IMG/VR virus record: IMGVR_UViG_3300049139_000081
Span: 1 to 33,358 of that record
DNA: 33,358 bases
Strand: one strand, 5' to 3'
Source of the DNA: a virus
Taxonomy: Duplodnaviria; Caudoviricetes
Each line of letters starts with the position of its first letter. Positions within the stretch are counted from its first letter, which is position 1. The notes beneath the pieces were generated by a model. The model was not told where the DNA came from. It saw only the letters and a program-made list of their open reading frames with translations, and made no database searches. This document shows, in pieces, positions 1 to 9,356 of this stretch. The translations under genes were made by a program, and so were the position numbers.

Positions 1-76
1 CACCTGAGACCCCCCTGGCGTCACGCAACGTGATGCCGCTTGTGCTGCGCAACGCAGCGTCGGAGGAGTGATCGTT

Positions 77-559
77 ATGCCCCGTGGTGGAGCGCGAACG
101 GTGTCCGGGCCGCCGCCGGACCCGAACTCGCTGAGGCAGATGCGGGCGGCCGAGGCCGGCGGGTGGAAGACGCTGCCGGCGGACGGCTACGCGGGCCCGG
201 TCCCGGAGTGGCCGCTGACGGAGGCGACGCCGCGGGAGGAAGACATCTGGGCGGACCTGTGGGCGAAGCCGCAGGCAGTGATGTGGGCGGAGCTGGGCCA
301 GGCGCTCGAGGTGGCGCTGTTCTGCCGGACGTTGGCGGAGGCAGAGCGGCCGGACGCCCGCGCGGACATCAAGAAGATGGTGCGCGGCTACCTCGACAGC
401 CTCGGGCTGAGCGTGGCGGGGATGCTGCGGAATCGGTGGAAGATCGCCCCGGCCGTGGAGACCGAGGCGGACCTGGTGCCGCTGGAGTCGGCTCCGTCGC
501 GGCGGCGCCCGTCGGCCCGTGACCGTATGAAGGTCGTGCCCAGTGGCGAAGGGTCCTGA
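77..559 (+). CDS. terS: Terminase small subunit
   Basis: Overlaps the start of terL; N-terminal PRGG..SGPPPDP typical of actinophage small terminases; SD-like GGAGGAGTGAT before ATG 77 (GTG 68 is an alternative start). Confidence 0.75.
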   Translation: MPRGGARTVSGPPPDPNSLRQMRAAEAGGWKTLPADGYAGPVPEWPLTEATPREEDIWADLWAKPQAVMWAELGQALEVALFCRTLAEAERPDARADIKKMVRGYLDSLGLSVAGMLRNRWKIAPAVETEADLVPLESAPSRRRPSARDRMKVVPSGEGS

Positions 560-2177
560 CGCCGGGACCGAGTTCGTCGTCGACTTCCCCACGCTCTGGA
601 TCGTGCCGGACTGGATCGAGGCCCACTGCCCGATCCCGGACGGCTTCCGGCAGGGCGAGGACCTGGAGCTGTACCCGTGGCAGCTGTGGTGCACGGTCAA
701 CCACTACCGCGTGAAGCCCACGGCCCGCGTCGGCCAGCTGGCGCCGGCGTTCCACTACCGCCGTAGCCAGATCGTCGCGCCGCAGAAGACCGGCAAGGGC
801 CCGTGGTCGGCGACCATCACGCTGGCGGAGGCTGCCGGGCCGGTGGTGTTCGCCGGGTGGGCGCGTGGCGGCGAGGTGTACCGGTGCTCGGACCACGGCT
901 GCGGGTGCGGCTGGTGGTACCAGTACGAGGCGGGCGAGCCGATGGGCACGCCGTGGCCGACGCCGCTGATCCAGCTGGTGGCCACGGCCGAGGACCAGGT
1001 CGACAACGTGTACCGGCCGCTGCGGAACATGGTGAAGCTCGGGCCGCTGTCGGAGTTCATGCGGGTCGGTGAGGAGTTCACCCGGGTCGGCGACCAGGGC
1101 CGCATCGACACGGTGACGTCGTCAGCGATGTCCCGGCTGGGCAACCCGATCACGTTCGCCAACCAGGACGAGACCGGTCTGTGGACCACGGCGAACAAGC
1201 TGCGCCGGGTCGCTGAGACCCAGCGTCGCGGTCTGGCCGGTATGGGCGGCCGGTCGATGGAGACGACGAACGGGTGGGATCCGTCGGAGAACTCGGTGGC
1301 GCAGACGACGTCCGAGTCGAAGGCCCGGGACATCTTCCGGTACCACCCGCAGGCGCCGAAGACGCTGTCCTACGGCAACAAGCGGGACCGCCGGAAGATC
1401 CATGCGGTGGTGTACGCCGGGTCGTCGCACGTGGACCTGGACGCCATCGAGGCCGAGGCCGCTGAGCTGATGGAGCTCGACCCGGCGCAGGCAGAACGGT
1501 TCTTCGGCAACCGGTGCGTGTCCGGGTCAGCGGCCTGGCTCGACCCGGCGAAGTGGGCGGCCAAGGCCGATCCGCGGCGCGTGCGTCCGATGACGCGGAT
1601 CGTCCTCGGGTTCGACGGCAGCGACGTCGACGACTGGACGGCGATCCGGGCCGAGACGATGGACGGCTACCAGTTCACCCCGGTCTACGGGGAGAACGAC
1701 GAGCCGACCATCTGGAACCCGGCCGACTACGGCGGCCAGGTCCCACGCGCGGAGGTGCGCGCGGCCATGTCGCAGCTGATGGCGCGCTACGACGTCGTCC
1801 GGCTGTACGCCGACCCCCCGTACTGGGAGACCGAGATCGACGAGTGGGTCGACCTGTACGGCGAGGAGCGCGTGATCCGCTGGCACACCCGCCGCATCGT
1901 GGCGATGCACGCGGCGTGCGAGCGGCTGAAGACGGACGTGACCAAGCGCAACAGCGAAGGCGCGGCGTTCTCGCACGACGGCTGCCCGATCACGGCGGAC
2001 CACATCGCCAACACGCGCGCGGCCGCGCGCCCGATGGACCGCTACGTCCTGCGCAAGGCGAGCCCGAGCCAAAAGATCGACGCCACCATTCCGAGCGTCC
2101 TCGCGCATGAGGCGCTGGGCGACGTCATCGCCGCCGGCCTCGCCGAGCGGCAGCAGTCCTTCTACTACGGCAGCTGA
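543..2177 (+). CDS. terL: Terminase large subunit
   Basis: LYPWQ adenine-binding motif, Walker A PQKTGKG, Walker B-like FANQDE, nuclease strand VLGFDGS, C-terminal KIDA; upstream of portal. Confidence 0.92.
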   Translation: MAKGPDAGTEFVVDFPTLWIVPDWIEAHCPIPDGFRQGEDLELYPWQLWCTVNHYRVKPTARVGQLAPAFHYRRSQIVAPQKTGKGPWSATITLAEAAGPVVFAGWARGGEVYRCSDHGCGCGWWYQYEAGEPMGTPWPTPLIQLVATAEDQVDNVYRPLRNMVKLGPLSEFMRVGEEFTRVGDQGRIDTVTSSAMSRLGNPITFANQDETGLWTTANKLRRVAETQRRGLAGMGGRSMETTNGWDPSENSVAQTTSESKARDIFRYHPQAPKTLSYGNKRDRRKIHAVVYAGSSHVDLDAIEAEAAELMELDPAQAERFFGNRCVSGSAAWLDPAKWAAKADPRRVRPMTRIVLGFDGSDVDDWTAIRAETMDGYQFTPVYGENDEPTIWNPADYGGQVPRAEVRAAMSQLMARYDVVRLYADPPYWETEIDEWVDLYGEERVIRWHTRRIVAMHAACERLKTDVTKRNSEGAAFSHDGCPITADHIANTRAAARPMDRYVLRKASPSQKIDATIPSVLAHEALGDVIAAGLAERQQSFYYGS

Positions 2178-2188
2178 GAGGGGGCCCG

Positions 2189-3688
2189 ATGGCGACGTAT
2201 GAGCAGGCCCTCCAGCTGGTGCAGCTGCTTGAGGCAGAGCTGATGCAGCGTGAGCGGGACATCCGGATCCACAATGCGTTCTACCGTGGGGACCACCCGC
2301 TGAAGTTCGCGTCGGACGAGTTCGCCAAGTTCCACGGGGACCGCTACCGCGACTTCTCCGACAACTGGACGCAGGTCGTGGCCGACTCCCCCGTGGAGCG
2401 GATGACCGTGACCGGCTTCCAGGCCTCCGGCGAGACGGACGCCGACGAAGAGCTGTGGAAGGTGTGGCAGGTCAACGGCCTGGACGCCGACAGCCAGCTG
2501 GGGTTCCTCGGCTCGGTCGTCAACGCCCGCAGTTTCGCGCTGGTGTGGGGCGACCCGGACGACCCGGACATGCCCGTCGTCACGTTCGAGGACCCCTCGC
2601 AGTGCGTCATCGCCTACGATCCCGGCTCACGCCGCCGGCGCAGGGCTGCTCTGAAGCGGTGGCAGGACGGCAGTGAGGACTTCGCCACCCTGTACCTCGC
2701 CGATGAGGTGTGGAAGTTCTCCCGTCCGCACCTGACCACGGACGGCGACAAGTCCCCGCAGATGCTGGACGTCGACGAGGCGCTGAAGCGGTGGAAGCCG
2801 CGGGAGATGGGCGCCGAGCCGAACCCGCAGCCGAACCCCATGGGCGTGGTGCCGATGGTGGAGCTGCCGAACAAGCCCGCGCTGGCGGCCGACCCGATCA
2901 GTGACGTCGGTGGCGTCATCGCCATGCAGAACGCCATCAACCTGCTGTGGGCGCAGCTGTTCACCGCGTCCGACTACGCCAGCTTTCCGCAGCGGGTCAT
3001 CATGGGCGCCGAGCGGCCGGTCATCCCGAAGCTGAACAGCGCGGGCGAGGTCATCGGCACTCAGCCGGTGGACATCGAGAAGTTCGCCGTGGACCGCGTG
3101 ATGATGTTCAACGGCAAGGACGTGCGCATCGGCGAGTGGCAGGCTGCCAACCTCACCATGTACACCGGCATGATCGAGGTTGCCGTGGGGCACCTCGCCG
3201 CGCAGACCCGCACGCCGCAGCACTACCTGATCGGGAAGATGGCCAACCTCGCCGAGGGGGCGCTGCTGGCCGCTGAGACCGGTCTGGTGAAGCGGGTGGA
3301 GGAGAAGCAGATCTGGTCCGGGCAGGGCCTGCGGGAGATGGCCCGCCTGATCGCCCTGGCCCGCGGGGAGGACGACAAGGCGGCCGCGCTGCGCTCGGGA
3401 CGGGTGCTGTGGAAGGACGCCGAGTCCCGCAGCCACGCCCAGCTGGCGGACGCCCTGCTGAAGCTGAAGCAGCTCGGCTTCCCCTTCAAGTGGCTGGCCT
3501 TGAAGTACGGGCTGACGCCGACCGAGGTGGCCGACGTGATGGCGATGCGGATGGAGGAGCTGGAGGCCGACCCGGTCACCGAGCTCACCCGGCAGATCGG
3601 CGGCGGCGCCCCGACCATCGGCAACGTCCCGCCCGACGACGGCGGCCTGGAGGACGAGCCGGGCGAGGGTGAGGAGCCTCCGGCGTGA
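2189..3688 (+). CDS. Portal protein (SPP1 gp6-like)
   Basis: 499 aa after terL; FYRGDH, NWTQVVAD..ER, GVVPMVELPN and FPQRVIMG motifs typical of actinophage portals. Confidence 0.9.
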   Translation: MATYEQALQLVQLLEAELMQRERDIRIHNAFYRGDHPLKFASDEFAKFHGDRYRDFSDNWTQVVADSPVERMTVTGFQASGETDADEELWKVWQVNGLDADSQLGFLGSVVNARSFALVWGDPDDPDMPVVTFEDPSQCVIAYDPGSRRRRRAALKRWQDGSEDFATLYLADEVWKFSRPHLTTDGDKSPQMLDVDEALKRWKPREMGAEPNPQPNPMGVVPMVELPNKPALAADPISDVGGVIAMQNAINLLWAQLFTASDYASFPQRVIMGAERPVIPKLNSAGEVIGTQPVDIEKFAVDRVMMFNGKDVRIGEWQAANLTMYTGMIEVAVGHLAAQTRTPQHYLIGKMANLAEGALLAAETGLVKRVEEKQIWSGQGLREMARLIALARGEDDKAAALRSGRVLWKDAESRSHAQLADALLKLKQLGFPFKWLALKYGLTPTEVADVMAMRMEELEADPVTELTRQIGGGAPTIGNVPPDDGGLEDEPGEGEEPPA

Positions 3689-4671
3689 GCCCCACTCCGG
3701 AGGCGGTCGCGCACATGGAGGCCCGGCGGCGGCTGGCGCTGGCCACCGCGCTGGCCACACACCGCGTGTGGCGGCGCCTGGACCAGGACAACCTCGTGAA
3801 GTCGTGGACCGGCCTGATGGGCGACGTCCTCGCCATCGTCATGTCCGGGCAGGTGACGGCCGCGCAGATGACCGGCCCTTGGCTGAACAGCCTGCTCGGA
3901 GTGGAGAACGACGACCGGCCGGACGCCGGGCAGCCGATCCCGGAGGCGTTCGCCGGCGTCGACGGCGCAGGCCGCCCCCTCGCGGGTGTGCTGATGGCCC
4001 CGGTGTGGACGGCACTGCGGATGGTCACGGCCGGCCGCCCGATCGCACAGTCGATGGTGGCCGGCAGGTCGCTGCTGGACGTCATCGTCCGGACCGCCGT
4101 GGCGGACACCGGGCGGGCCGCCGACTCGGTCGGCATGACCGCCCGTCCGGCGGTGACCGGCTACATCCGCGTGGTGGAGGGCGGCGCCTGCGACCGCTGT
4201 ATCGTCCTCGCCGGCAAGGAGTACCAGACCGACCGGGCGTTCCTGCGGCATCCGCGCTGCAACTGCGGCATGGAGCCCATCACCCGGGAGCACCGGCCCA
4301 AGCCCGCGTCGCCGACCGAGCTGGTGGCGCAGATGTCCGACGAGCAGAAACGTAAGACGTTCGGCGAGGCCGGCGCGAAGGCCCTCAACGAGGGCGCCGA
4401 CCTGGCCCAGCTGGTCAACGCCCGCCGCGGCATGCAGTCCGCATCCGTGCTGGGCGGCCGGGCCATCACCACCGCCGAGGGCACGGTGCGCGGCGAGTTC
4501 CGCCGCCAGGAGTTCCGCCGTCTGCAAGCCGAGGGCGCCATCCCGCGCTCGCGGTCCATGCGCGGCTTCCGCCCCACCGTGGCGCGGCTGATGCCCGAAG
4601 AGATCTACCGCCTGGCCGACGACCGGCAGCACGCGGTCCAGCTGCTGCGGCAGCACGGCTACATCGCCTGA
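3685..4671 (+). CDS. Head morphogenesis / capsid maturation protein (MuF-like position)
   Basis: GTGA-coupled to portal; ACDRC...F.RHPRCNC motif; RLMPEEIY C-terminus. Confidence 0.7.
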   Translation: MSPTPEAVAHMEARRRLALATALATHRVWRRLDQDNLVKSWTGLMGDVLAIVMSGQVTAAQMTGPWLNSLLGVENDDRPDAGQPIPEAFAGVDGAGRPLAGVLMAPVWTALRMVTAGRPIAQSMVAGRSLLDVIVRTAVADTGRAADSVGMTARPAVTGYIRVVEGGACDRCIVLAGKEYQTDRAFLRHPRCNCGMEPITREHRPKPASPTELVAQMSDEQKRKTFGEAGAKALNEGADLAQLVNARRGMQSASVLGGRAITTAEGTVRGEFRRQEFRRLQAEGAIPRSRSMRGFRPTVARLMPEEIYRLADDRQHAVQLLRQHGYIA

Positions 4672-4720
4672 CCCCCGCCCGCGCGCAACGCCCGGGCCCG
4701 CACCCGCAATGGGAGACACC

Positions 4721-5401
4721 ATGACCACGCCCACGCCTGCCGTTGAGCCCGCCGTCGACGACGACCTGGACCCGGCAGCCGAGCCCGTAGAGCCGGACGG
4801 CACCCAGGACCCGTCCGTGGACGACACGGACGCCGACCCCGAGGGCGCCGACCAACTCGGCGACCCGGGCAAGAAGGCCCTGGACACGATGAAGGGCAAG
4901 CTGAAGGCGGAGCGCGAGCGCCGCCGCGCCCTCGAGGCCCAGCTCGCCGAGCGGGACAAGCCCGCCGACGGCAGCGTGCCGGACCAGGACGCCCTCGTGC
5001 GGCAGGCCGAAGCGCAGGCCCTGGCCCGCGTGAACGAGCGCCTGGTGAAGGCGGAGGTGAAGGCCGCCGCCGCGGGCAAGCTCGCGGACCCGGCCGACGC
5101 GCACCGGTTCCTGGACCTGTCTCAGTTCGAGGTCGACGCCGACGGCAACGTCGACGGCGACGAGGTCGCCGACGCGATCGACGACCTGCTCAAGTCCAAG
5201 CCCTACCTGGCCGCGCAAGGCGGCACCCCCAAGCCGCGGTTCCAAGGGACCGCAGACTCCGGCGCCCGCAAGGGGAATGCCCGGCCCTCCCAGCTCACCG
5301 AGGCGGACGTCAAGCGTCTGTCGGCGGCGGGCAAGCACGCCGAGATCGTCAAGGCCCAGAACGAGGGCCGCCTCGACGACTACCTCGGTCTCAACCGGTA
5401 A
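4721..5401 (+). CDS. Scaffolding protein
   Basis: Acidic N-terminus, LGDPGKKAL, coiled coil, KPYLAA; GGGAG RBS before ATG 4721; precedes capsid gene. Confidence 0.85.
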   Translation: MTTPTPAVEPAVDDDLDPAAEPVEPDGTQDPSVDDTDADPEGADQLGDPGKKALDTMKGKLKAERERRRALEAQLAERDKPADGSVPDQDALVRQAEAQALARVNERLVKAEVKAAAAGKLADPADAHRFLDLSQFEVDADGNVDGDEVADAIDDLLKSKPYLAAQGGTPKPRFQGTADSGARKGNARPSQLTEADVKRLSAAGKHAEIVKAQNEGRLDDYLGLNR

Positions 5402-5422
5402 CCCCCTTCGAGGAGAGACACC

Positions 5423-6274
5423 ATGGCCATCAGCGCCTTCAAGCCGGAAGTCTGGAACGCGAACCTCCTGGTCACCCTGGAGAAGTCGCACGTCTACGCC
5501 GCCCCCGGCGTCGTGAACCGCGACTACGAGGGCGACATCGCCAACTACGGCGACACCGTGCACATCACGTCGCTGGCGGAGCCGACCATCGGCACCTACA
5601 CCCCGCACACGGACATCACCATCGAGGACGTCGACGACAGCGACACCACGCTGCTCATCGACCAGTCGAAGTACTTCGCGTTCGAGGTCGACGACGTGGA
5701 GAAGCGGCAGGCCTTCAACGGCGGCCGCGTGCTGACCGAGCAGGCCCGCAAGGCGGCCTACAAGCTGCGGGATGTCGCCGACGCCTACGTCGCCGGCCTG
5801 ATGGCCGCAGGCATCGACGCGGGCAACCTCGTGGCCGAGCAGACCCTGGCCACGCCCTCCGCCGCCTACGACCTGCTGGTCGACCTCGGCACGATCCTCG
5901 ACGAGGACAACGTGCCCGACGCGGGCCGGTGGGCAGTCGTCACCCCGGCGTTCTACGGCCTGCTGCTGAAGGACGACCGGTTCGTCGGGACCGGTGACGC
6001 CCAGGCCGCGGCGACCCGCACCAACGGCATGGTCGGTGAGGCGGCCGGCTTCTCCATCCGCAAGTCGAACAACGCCCCGGACGGGCCGGGTGCGGGCGCG
6101 GGCAAGCTGATCATCGCCGGGTACAACGGCGCGGTGACCTACGCCGAGCAGATCAACAAGACCGAGGCGACCCGCAAGGAGAAGGGCTTCGCGGACATCG
6201 TGAAGGGCCTGCACCTGTACGGCTCCAAGGTCATCCGGCCGACGGGCCTCGCCGCTGCGGACGTGATCATCTGA
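5423..6274 (+). CDS. Major capsid protein
   Basis: FKPEVW, VNRDYEGDI..GDTVHI, DIVKGLHLYG motifs of HK97-fold (P22 coat-like family) capsids; GAGGAG RBS. Confidence 0.9.
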   Translation: MAISAFKPEVWNANLLVTLEKSHVYAAPGVVNRDYEGDIANYGDTVHITSLAEPTIGTYTPHTDITIEDVDDSDTTLLIDQSKYFAFEVDDVEKRQAFNGGRVLTEQARKAAYKLRDVADAYVAGLMAAGIDAGNLVAEQTLATPSAAYDLLVDLGTILDEDNVPDAGRWAVVTPAFYGLLLKDDRFVGTGDAQAAATRTNGMVGEAAGFSIRKSNNAPDGPGAGAGKLIIAGYNGAVTYAEQINKTEATRKEKGFADIVKGLHLYGSKVIRPTGLAAADVII

Positions 6275-6765
6275 TGGCCGGGCGGGAACTGAAGGACGGT
6301 GACAAGGTCCTGCTGCGCGGTTCTGGTGGCGGCCTGTTCCGCGCGACCGTGGGACAGCCGTTCACGAAGGACCTCATCGAGCGGCGCCTGAAGGCCGGAG
6401 AGTGGAGCTGGCCGGACGACGAGCCCGCCGCGGCGGAGGCCGCCGAGCCGCAGCCGCGCACCGAGGTGAAGTCCAAGCCCAGCGACCGGGACGGCGACGA
6501 AGGACCGCAGCCGCGGACCGAGTTCGCGTCCGACCCCAGCGACCGGGAGGGCACATCCGGCCCGCAGCCGCGGCAGGAGACCGTGTCCAAGCCCGGCACC
6601 CGCAGCGACGCGGCCTCGGACACGGACACGGACGTCGACCCGGACCGGCCGGCGCTGAACGCGCCCAAGTCGGAGTGGGTGGTCTACGTGGCCCGCACGC
6701 AGCACATGTCCCGCGAGGACGCGGCGAACTACACCAAGGCCGACCTGATCGACATGGTCAGCTGA
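6274..6765 (+). CDS. Head-module protein with 19-aa repeats and a small C-terminal helical domain
   Basis: TGATG-coupled to capsid; normal codon bias; three PQPR repeats. Confidence 0.75.
   Translation: MAGRELKDGDKVLLRGSGGGLFRATVGQPFTKDLIERRLKAGEWSWPDDEPAAAEAAEPQPRTEVKSKPSDRDGDEGPQPRTEFASDPSDREGTSGPQPRQETVSKPGTRSDAASDTDTDVDPDRPALNAPKSEWVVYVARTQHMSREDAANYTKADLIDMVS
6448..6603 (+). repeat. 57-bp imperfect tandem repeat, about 2.7 copies
   Basis: CCGCAGCCGCG begins at 6448, 6505 and 6562; encodes PQPRTE...PSDR units. Confidence 0.9.
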
Positions 6766-6781
6766 CAGGGAGGAGACCGCC

Positions 6782-7375
6782 GTGGCACTGGCACCGCTCG
6801 CTTCGGTGGCCGACCTCGAGGCCCGCGGCTTCACCGTGGACGCCTCCGAGACGGACATCGCAGGCGTCTACCTGGGCGTCGCCTCCACGGCGGTGCGGGA
6901 GGCCGCAGGGACGGCCATCTCCCGCACCACGTCCACCATCACCCTGGAGGGCGCGTCCGGGCAGTGGCTGACGCTGCCCGGCGCGCCCATCGTGTCCGTC
7001 GACGCGGTGACCGTCGACGGGGAGACGGCCACCGACTGGCGGCTGCGCTCCGGGCGCCTGTGGCGCGCGGCCGGCTGGACCGGCTGCGAGCCGTCCGACA
7101 TCGAGGTCACCTACACACACGGCCTGCTCGACATCCCGGACGACATCGTGGACCTGGTGTGCCGCATGGCCGCGGCCGCGCTCGTGGCGTACCGGGCGGA
7201 GGACGGCGGCACGGGGCTGGCCAACGACAAGGAGATCACCTCGGAGCGACTCGGGGACTGGGCGGTCACCTACGGGGCCGACGGCCGGATCACCGAGATG
7301 GACCTGCCGCAGTACTGGCGGGAGCGCCTGATGGCCCGGTTCGGGGGCGGCATCACCGCGCTGAGGTCCCGGTGA
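6782..7375 (+). CDS. Head-to-tail adaptor
   Basis: LASVADL N-terminus, VTYTHG, ERLGDWAVTY; GGAGG RBS; synteny. Confidence 0.8.
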   Translation: MALAPLASVADLEARGFTVDASETDIAGVYLGVASTAVREAAGTAISRTTSTITLEGASGQWLTLPGAPIVSVDAVTVDGETATDWRLRSGRLWRAAGWTGCEPSDIEVTYTHGLLDIPDDIVDLVCRMAAAALVAYRAEDGGTGLANDKEITSERLGDWAVTYGADGRITEMDLPQYWRERLMARFGGGITALRSR

Positions 7376-7719
7376 GGGGCATCGGCCGCCACCTGAACCG
7401 GCGGCTGTCGGTGTGGCGGGAGACGACCGTGGGCGACGGTGCGGGCGGCCAGGAAACCACCATGGCCGAGGTAGGCACCGTGCGCGCGAAGGTCGACCAG
7501 CCGTCCAACGCGGACCGGATGCTGGCCGCGCAGGCGGGCAGCACGCACGACCACACCGTGTTCCTGGCGCCCGGGGCGGACGTGCGCCGCGGTGACGAGC
7601 TGCGCGGCACCGACGCCCTCGGCAACGACCAGGTGTTCCGCGTCCTGGCCGTGGTGCAGCCGTCGACCCCCGTCTACTCGAAAGCCTCGTGCGAGCTGAC
7701 CCAGAGGGAGGGCGCCTGA
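7372..7719 (+). CDS. Head-to-tail stopper / head closure protein
   Basis: GTGA overlap; DGAGG and DVRRGDEL motifs. Confidence 0.8.
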   Translation: MRGIGRHLNRRLSVWRETTVGDGAGGQETTMAEVGTVRAKVDQPSNADRMLAAQAGSTHDHTVFLAPGADVRRGDELRGTDALGNDQVFRVLAVVQPSTPVYSKASCELTQREGA

Positions 7720-8054
7720 TGGCTGCCTTGAACGTCGTCACGGTGCCGGTCAACGGCGGCATCGGACTGGAAGACTCCGCCGTGGCGGCCTCCGCCGGCG
7801 GGGACACCGCGCCGGTCGGGCCGGGCCGGTTCCTGTACGTCATGAACGGCGACGCCGCCTCGCACACAGCGACCGTGGCCACGCCGGGCACCGCGTCCGG
7901 TCTGCCGCTACCGGAGGTCGCTGTCGTTGTCGCGGCCGGGGAGTCGGCCATCCTGCCGCTGGCGTCCGTGTTCCGCGGGGCGAACGGGCGCGCATCGATC
8001 ACCTACGACGCGGTGACCGCCGTGTCCGTCGCGGTGTTCGAGCTGGAGCGCTGA
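7719..8054 (+). CDS. Small beta-rich hypothetical virion protein
   Basis: TGATG coupling at both ends; V/T/A-rich, about 111 aa. Confidence 0.7.
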   Translation: MAALNVVTVPVNGGIGLEDSAVAASAGGDTAPVGPGRFLYVMNGDAASHTATVATPGTASGLPLPEVAVVVAAGESAILPLASVFRGANGRASITYDAVTAVSVAVFELER

Positions 8055-8449
8055 TGGCCCGCCGCCGGCGAGGCAGGCGCAGCCCGGTGCAGATGCGGAT
8101 CATCGGCATGAACTCGCTCCGCCGGGAGCTTGCCGACCTGGCCCCGGACATCCGGGCCGCCTGCCGCCGGGCGCTGGAACAGTCGGCCGAAGCGGTCGTC
8201 TTCGGTACCAAGGCAGGCGTGCGCGTCAACTCCGGCAACCTGCGCGAGTCCGTGCGCGCCCGCTACCACAACAACCGGCTGCGGGCCGAGGTCGGCTGGT
8301 GGGACCGGGACGACCTGTACGCCTTCTACCACGAGCACGGCACGAAGAAGTTCCCGCCGCAGCCCGCCCTCGGGCCCGCGCTGGAGGCCGAGCGGAACCA
8401 GATCGGCGGCCGGATCCAGGCCGAGGTGAGGAAGGTGCTGCGCTCATGA
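8054..8449 (+). CDS. HK97 gp10-like tail completion protein
   Basis: V.SGNLRESV and YAFYHEHGTKKFPPQPALGPA motifs. Confidence 0.85.
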   Translation: MARRRRGRRSPVQMRIIGMNSLRRELADLAPDIRAACRRALEQSAEAVVFGTKAGVRVNSGNLRESVRARYHNNRLRAEVGWWDRDDLYAFYHEHGTKKFPPQPALGPALEAERNQIGGRIQAEVRKVLRS

Positions 8450-8862
8450 CCGCCCCCGCCCCGATGCTGCCGGTCCAGCAGGCCATCTACGCGAAGCTGA
8501 CCGGCGACCCGACGCTCATGGGGCTCATCAACGGCGTGTGGGACTACGTCCCCGAGAAGGACGCCTACCCGTACCTGGTGATCGGTGAGGCGGTCGAGAC
8601 GCCGGACAACCGGCACGGCGGCTTCGGCCGTCAGACGGTCGTCACGCTGCACGTGTGGACGCAGTACCACGGCCACTCCAAGGGCCTGGCGATCGGCGCC
8701 CGGGTGACAGCGCTGCTGGACCACCAGCCGCTCACCATCACCGGTGCCGACCACATCTCGACCCGGTTCGAGTTCTCCCAGACCCTCACCGATCCGGAGC
8801 CGCCGGGCGACATCCGGCACCTGGTGCTGCGCTATCGGATCGTCACCGAACAACCTGCCTGA
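8446..8862 (+). CDS. Tail terminator (DUF3168-like)
   Basis: ATGA overlap; QQAIYAKL, VWDYVP..YPYLVIG; precedes major tail gene. Confidence 0.8.
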   Translation: MTAPAPMLPVQQAIYAKLTGDPTLMGLINGVWDYVPEKDAYPYLVIGEAVETPDNRHGGFGRQTVVTLHVWTQYHGHSKGLAIGARVTALLDHQPLTITGADHISTRFEFSQTLTDPEPPGDIRHLVLRYRIVTEQPA

Positions 8863-8879
8863 CCCACCCCACCCCTGAT

Positions 8880-8910
8880 GCCCCGAGCCCTGCCGGCCGG
8901 GGCTGTTCTC
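8880..8910 (+). terminator. Hairpin with short U tract upstream of the major tail gene (copy 1 of a repeated motif)
   Basis: GCCCCG-agccctgccggc-CGGGGC then TGTTCTC. Confidence 0.45.
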
Positions 8911-8928
8911 ATGCCCGAGGAGGCAGCC

Positions 8929-9342
8929 ATGGCCGGTATCGACGGCTTCGGAACTCTGCTCAAGCGCGGCGACGGCGCCGAGCCGGAGGTGTTCACCGCG
9001 ATCGCCAACGCCACGAACATCACCGCTCCGGGCCTGACCCGGAACACGATCGACGTCACCGCCCACGACTCCCCGAACCAGTACATGGAGTTCGTCGGCG
9101 GCCTGGTCGACCCGGGCGAGGTGTCCATCGACGTCAACTACGACCCGGCCGTCCACGACACCCTCATCGTGGACCTGGAGGACACCGAGCCGCGGAACTA
9201 CCAGATCGTCTTCCCCGACACCGGGTCGACCACCTGGAGCTTCGCCGCGGTCCTCACCGGCTTCGAGGCGTCCGCGCCCTACGACGACAAGCTCACCGCC
9301 ACGCTCACCTACAAGGTCAGCGGCAAGCCCACCATCGCCTGA
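8929..9342 (+). CDS. Major tail tube protein
   Basis: IDVTAHDS..YMEFVGGLVDPGEVS..GKP motifs; GAGGAGG RBS before ATG 8929. Confidence 0.9.
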   Translation: MAGIDGFGTLLKRGDGAEPEVFTAIANATNITAPGLTRNTIDVTAHDSPNQYMEFVGGLVDPGEVSIDVNYDPAVHDTLIVDLEDTEPRNYQIVFPDTGSTTWSFAAVLTGFEASAPYDDKLTATLTYKVSGKPTIA

Positions 9343-9356
9343 ACAGGACTACGCGC

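Noticed and set aside
6448-6603. CRISPR-like or DGR template/variable repeats
   Set aside because: In-frame coding repeats; no reverse transcriptase in the window and differences are not adenine-specific.
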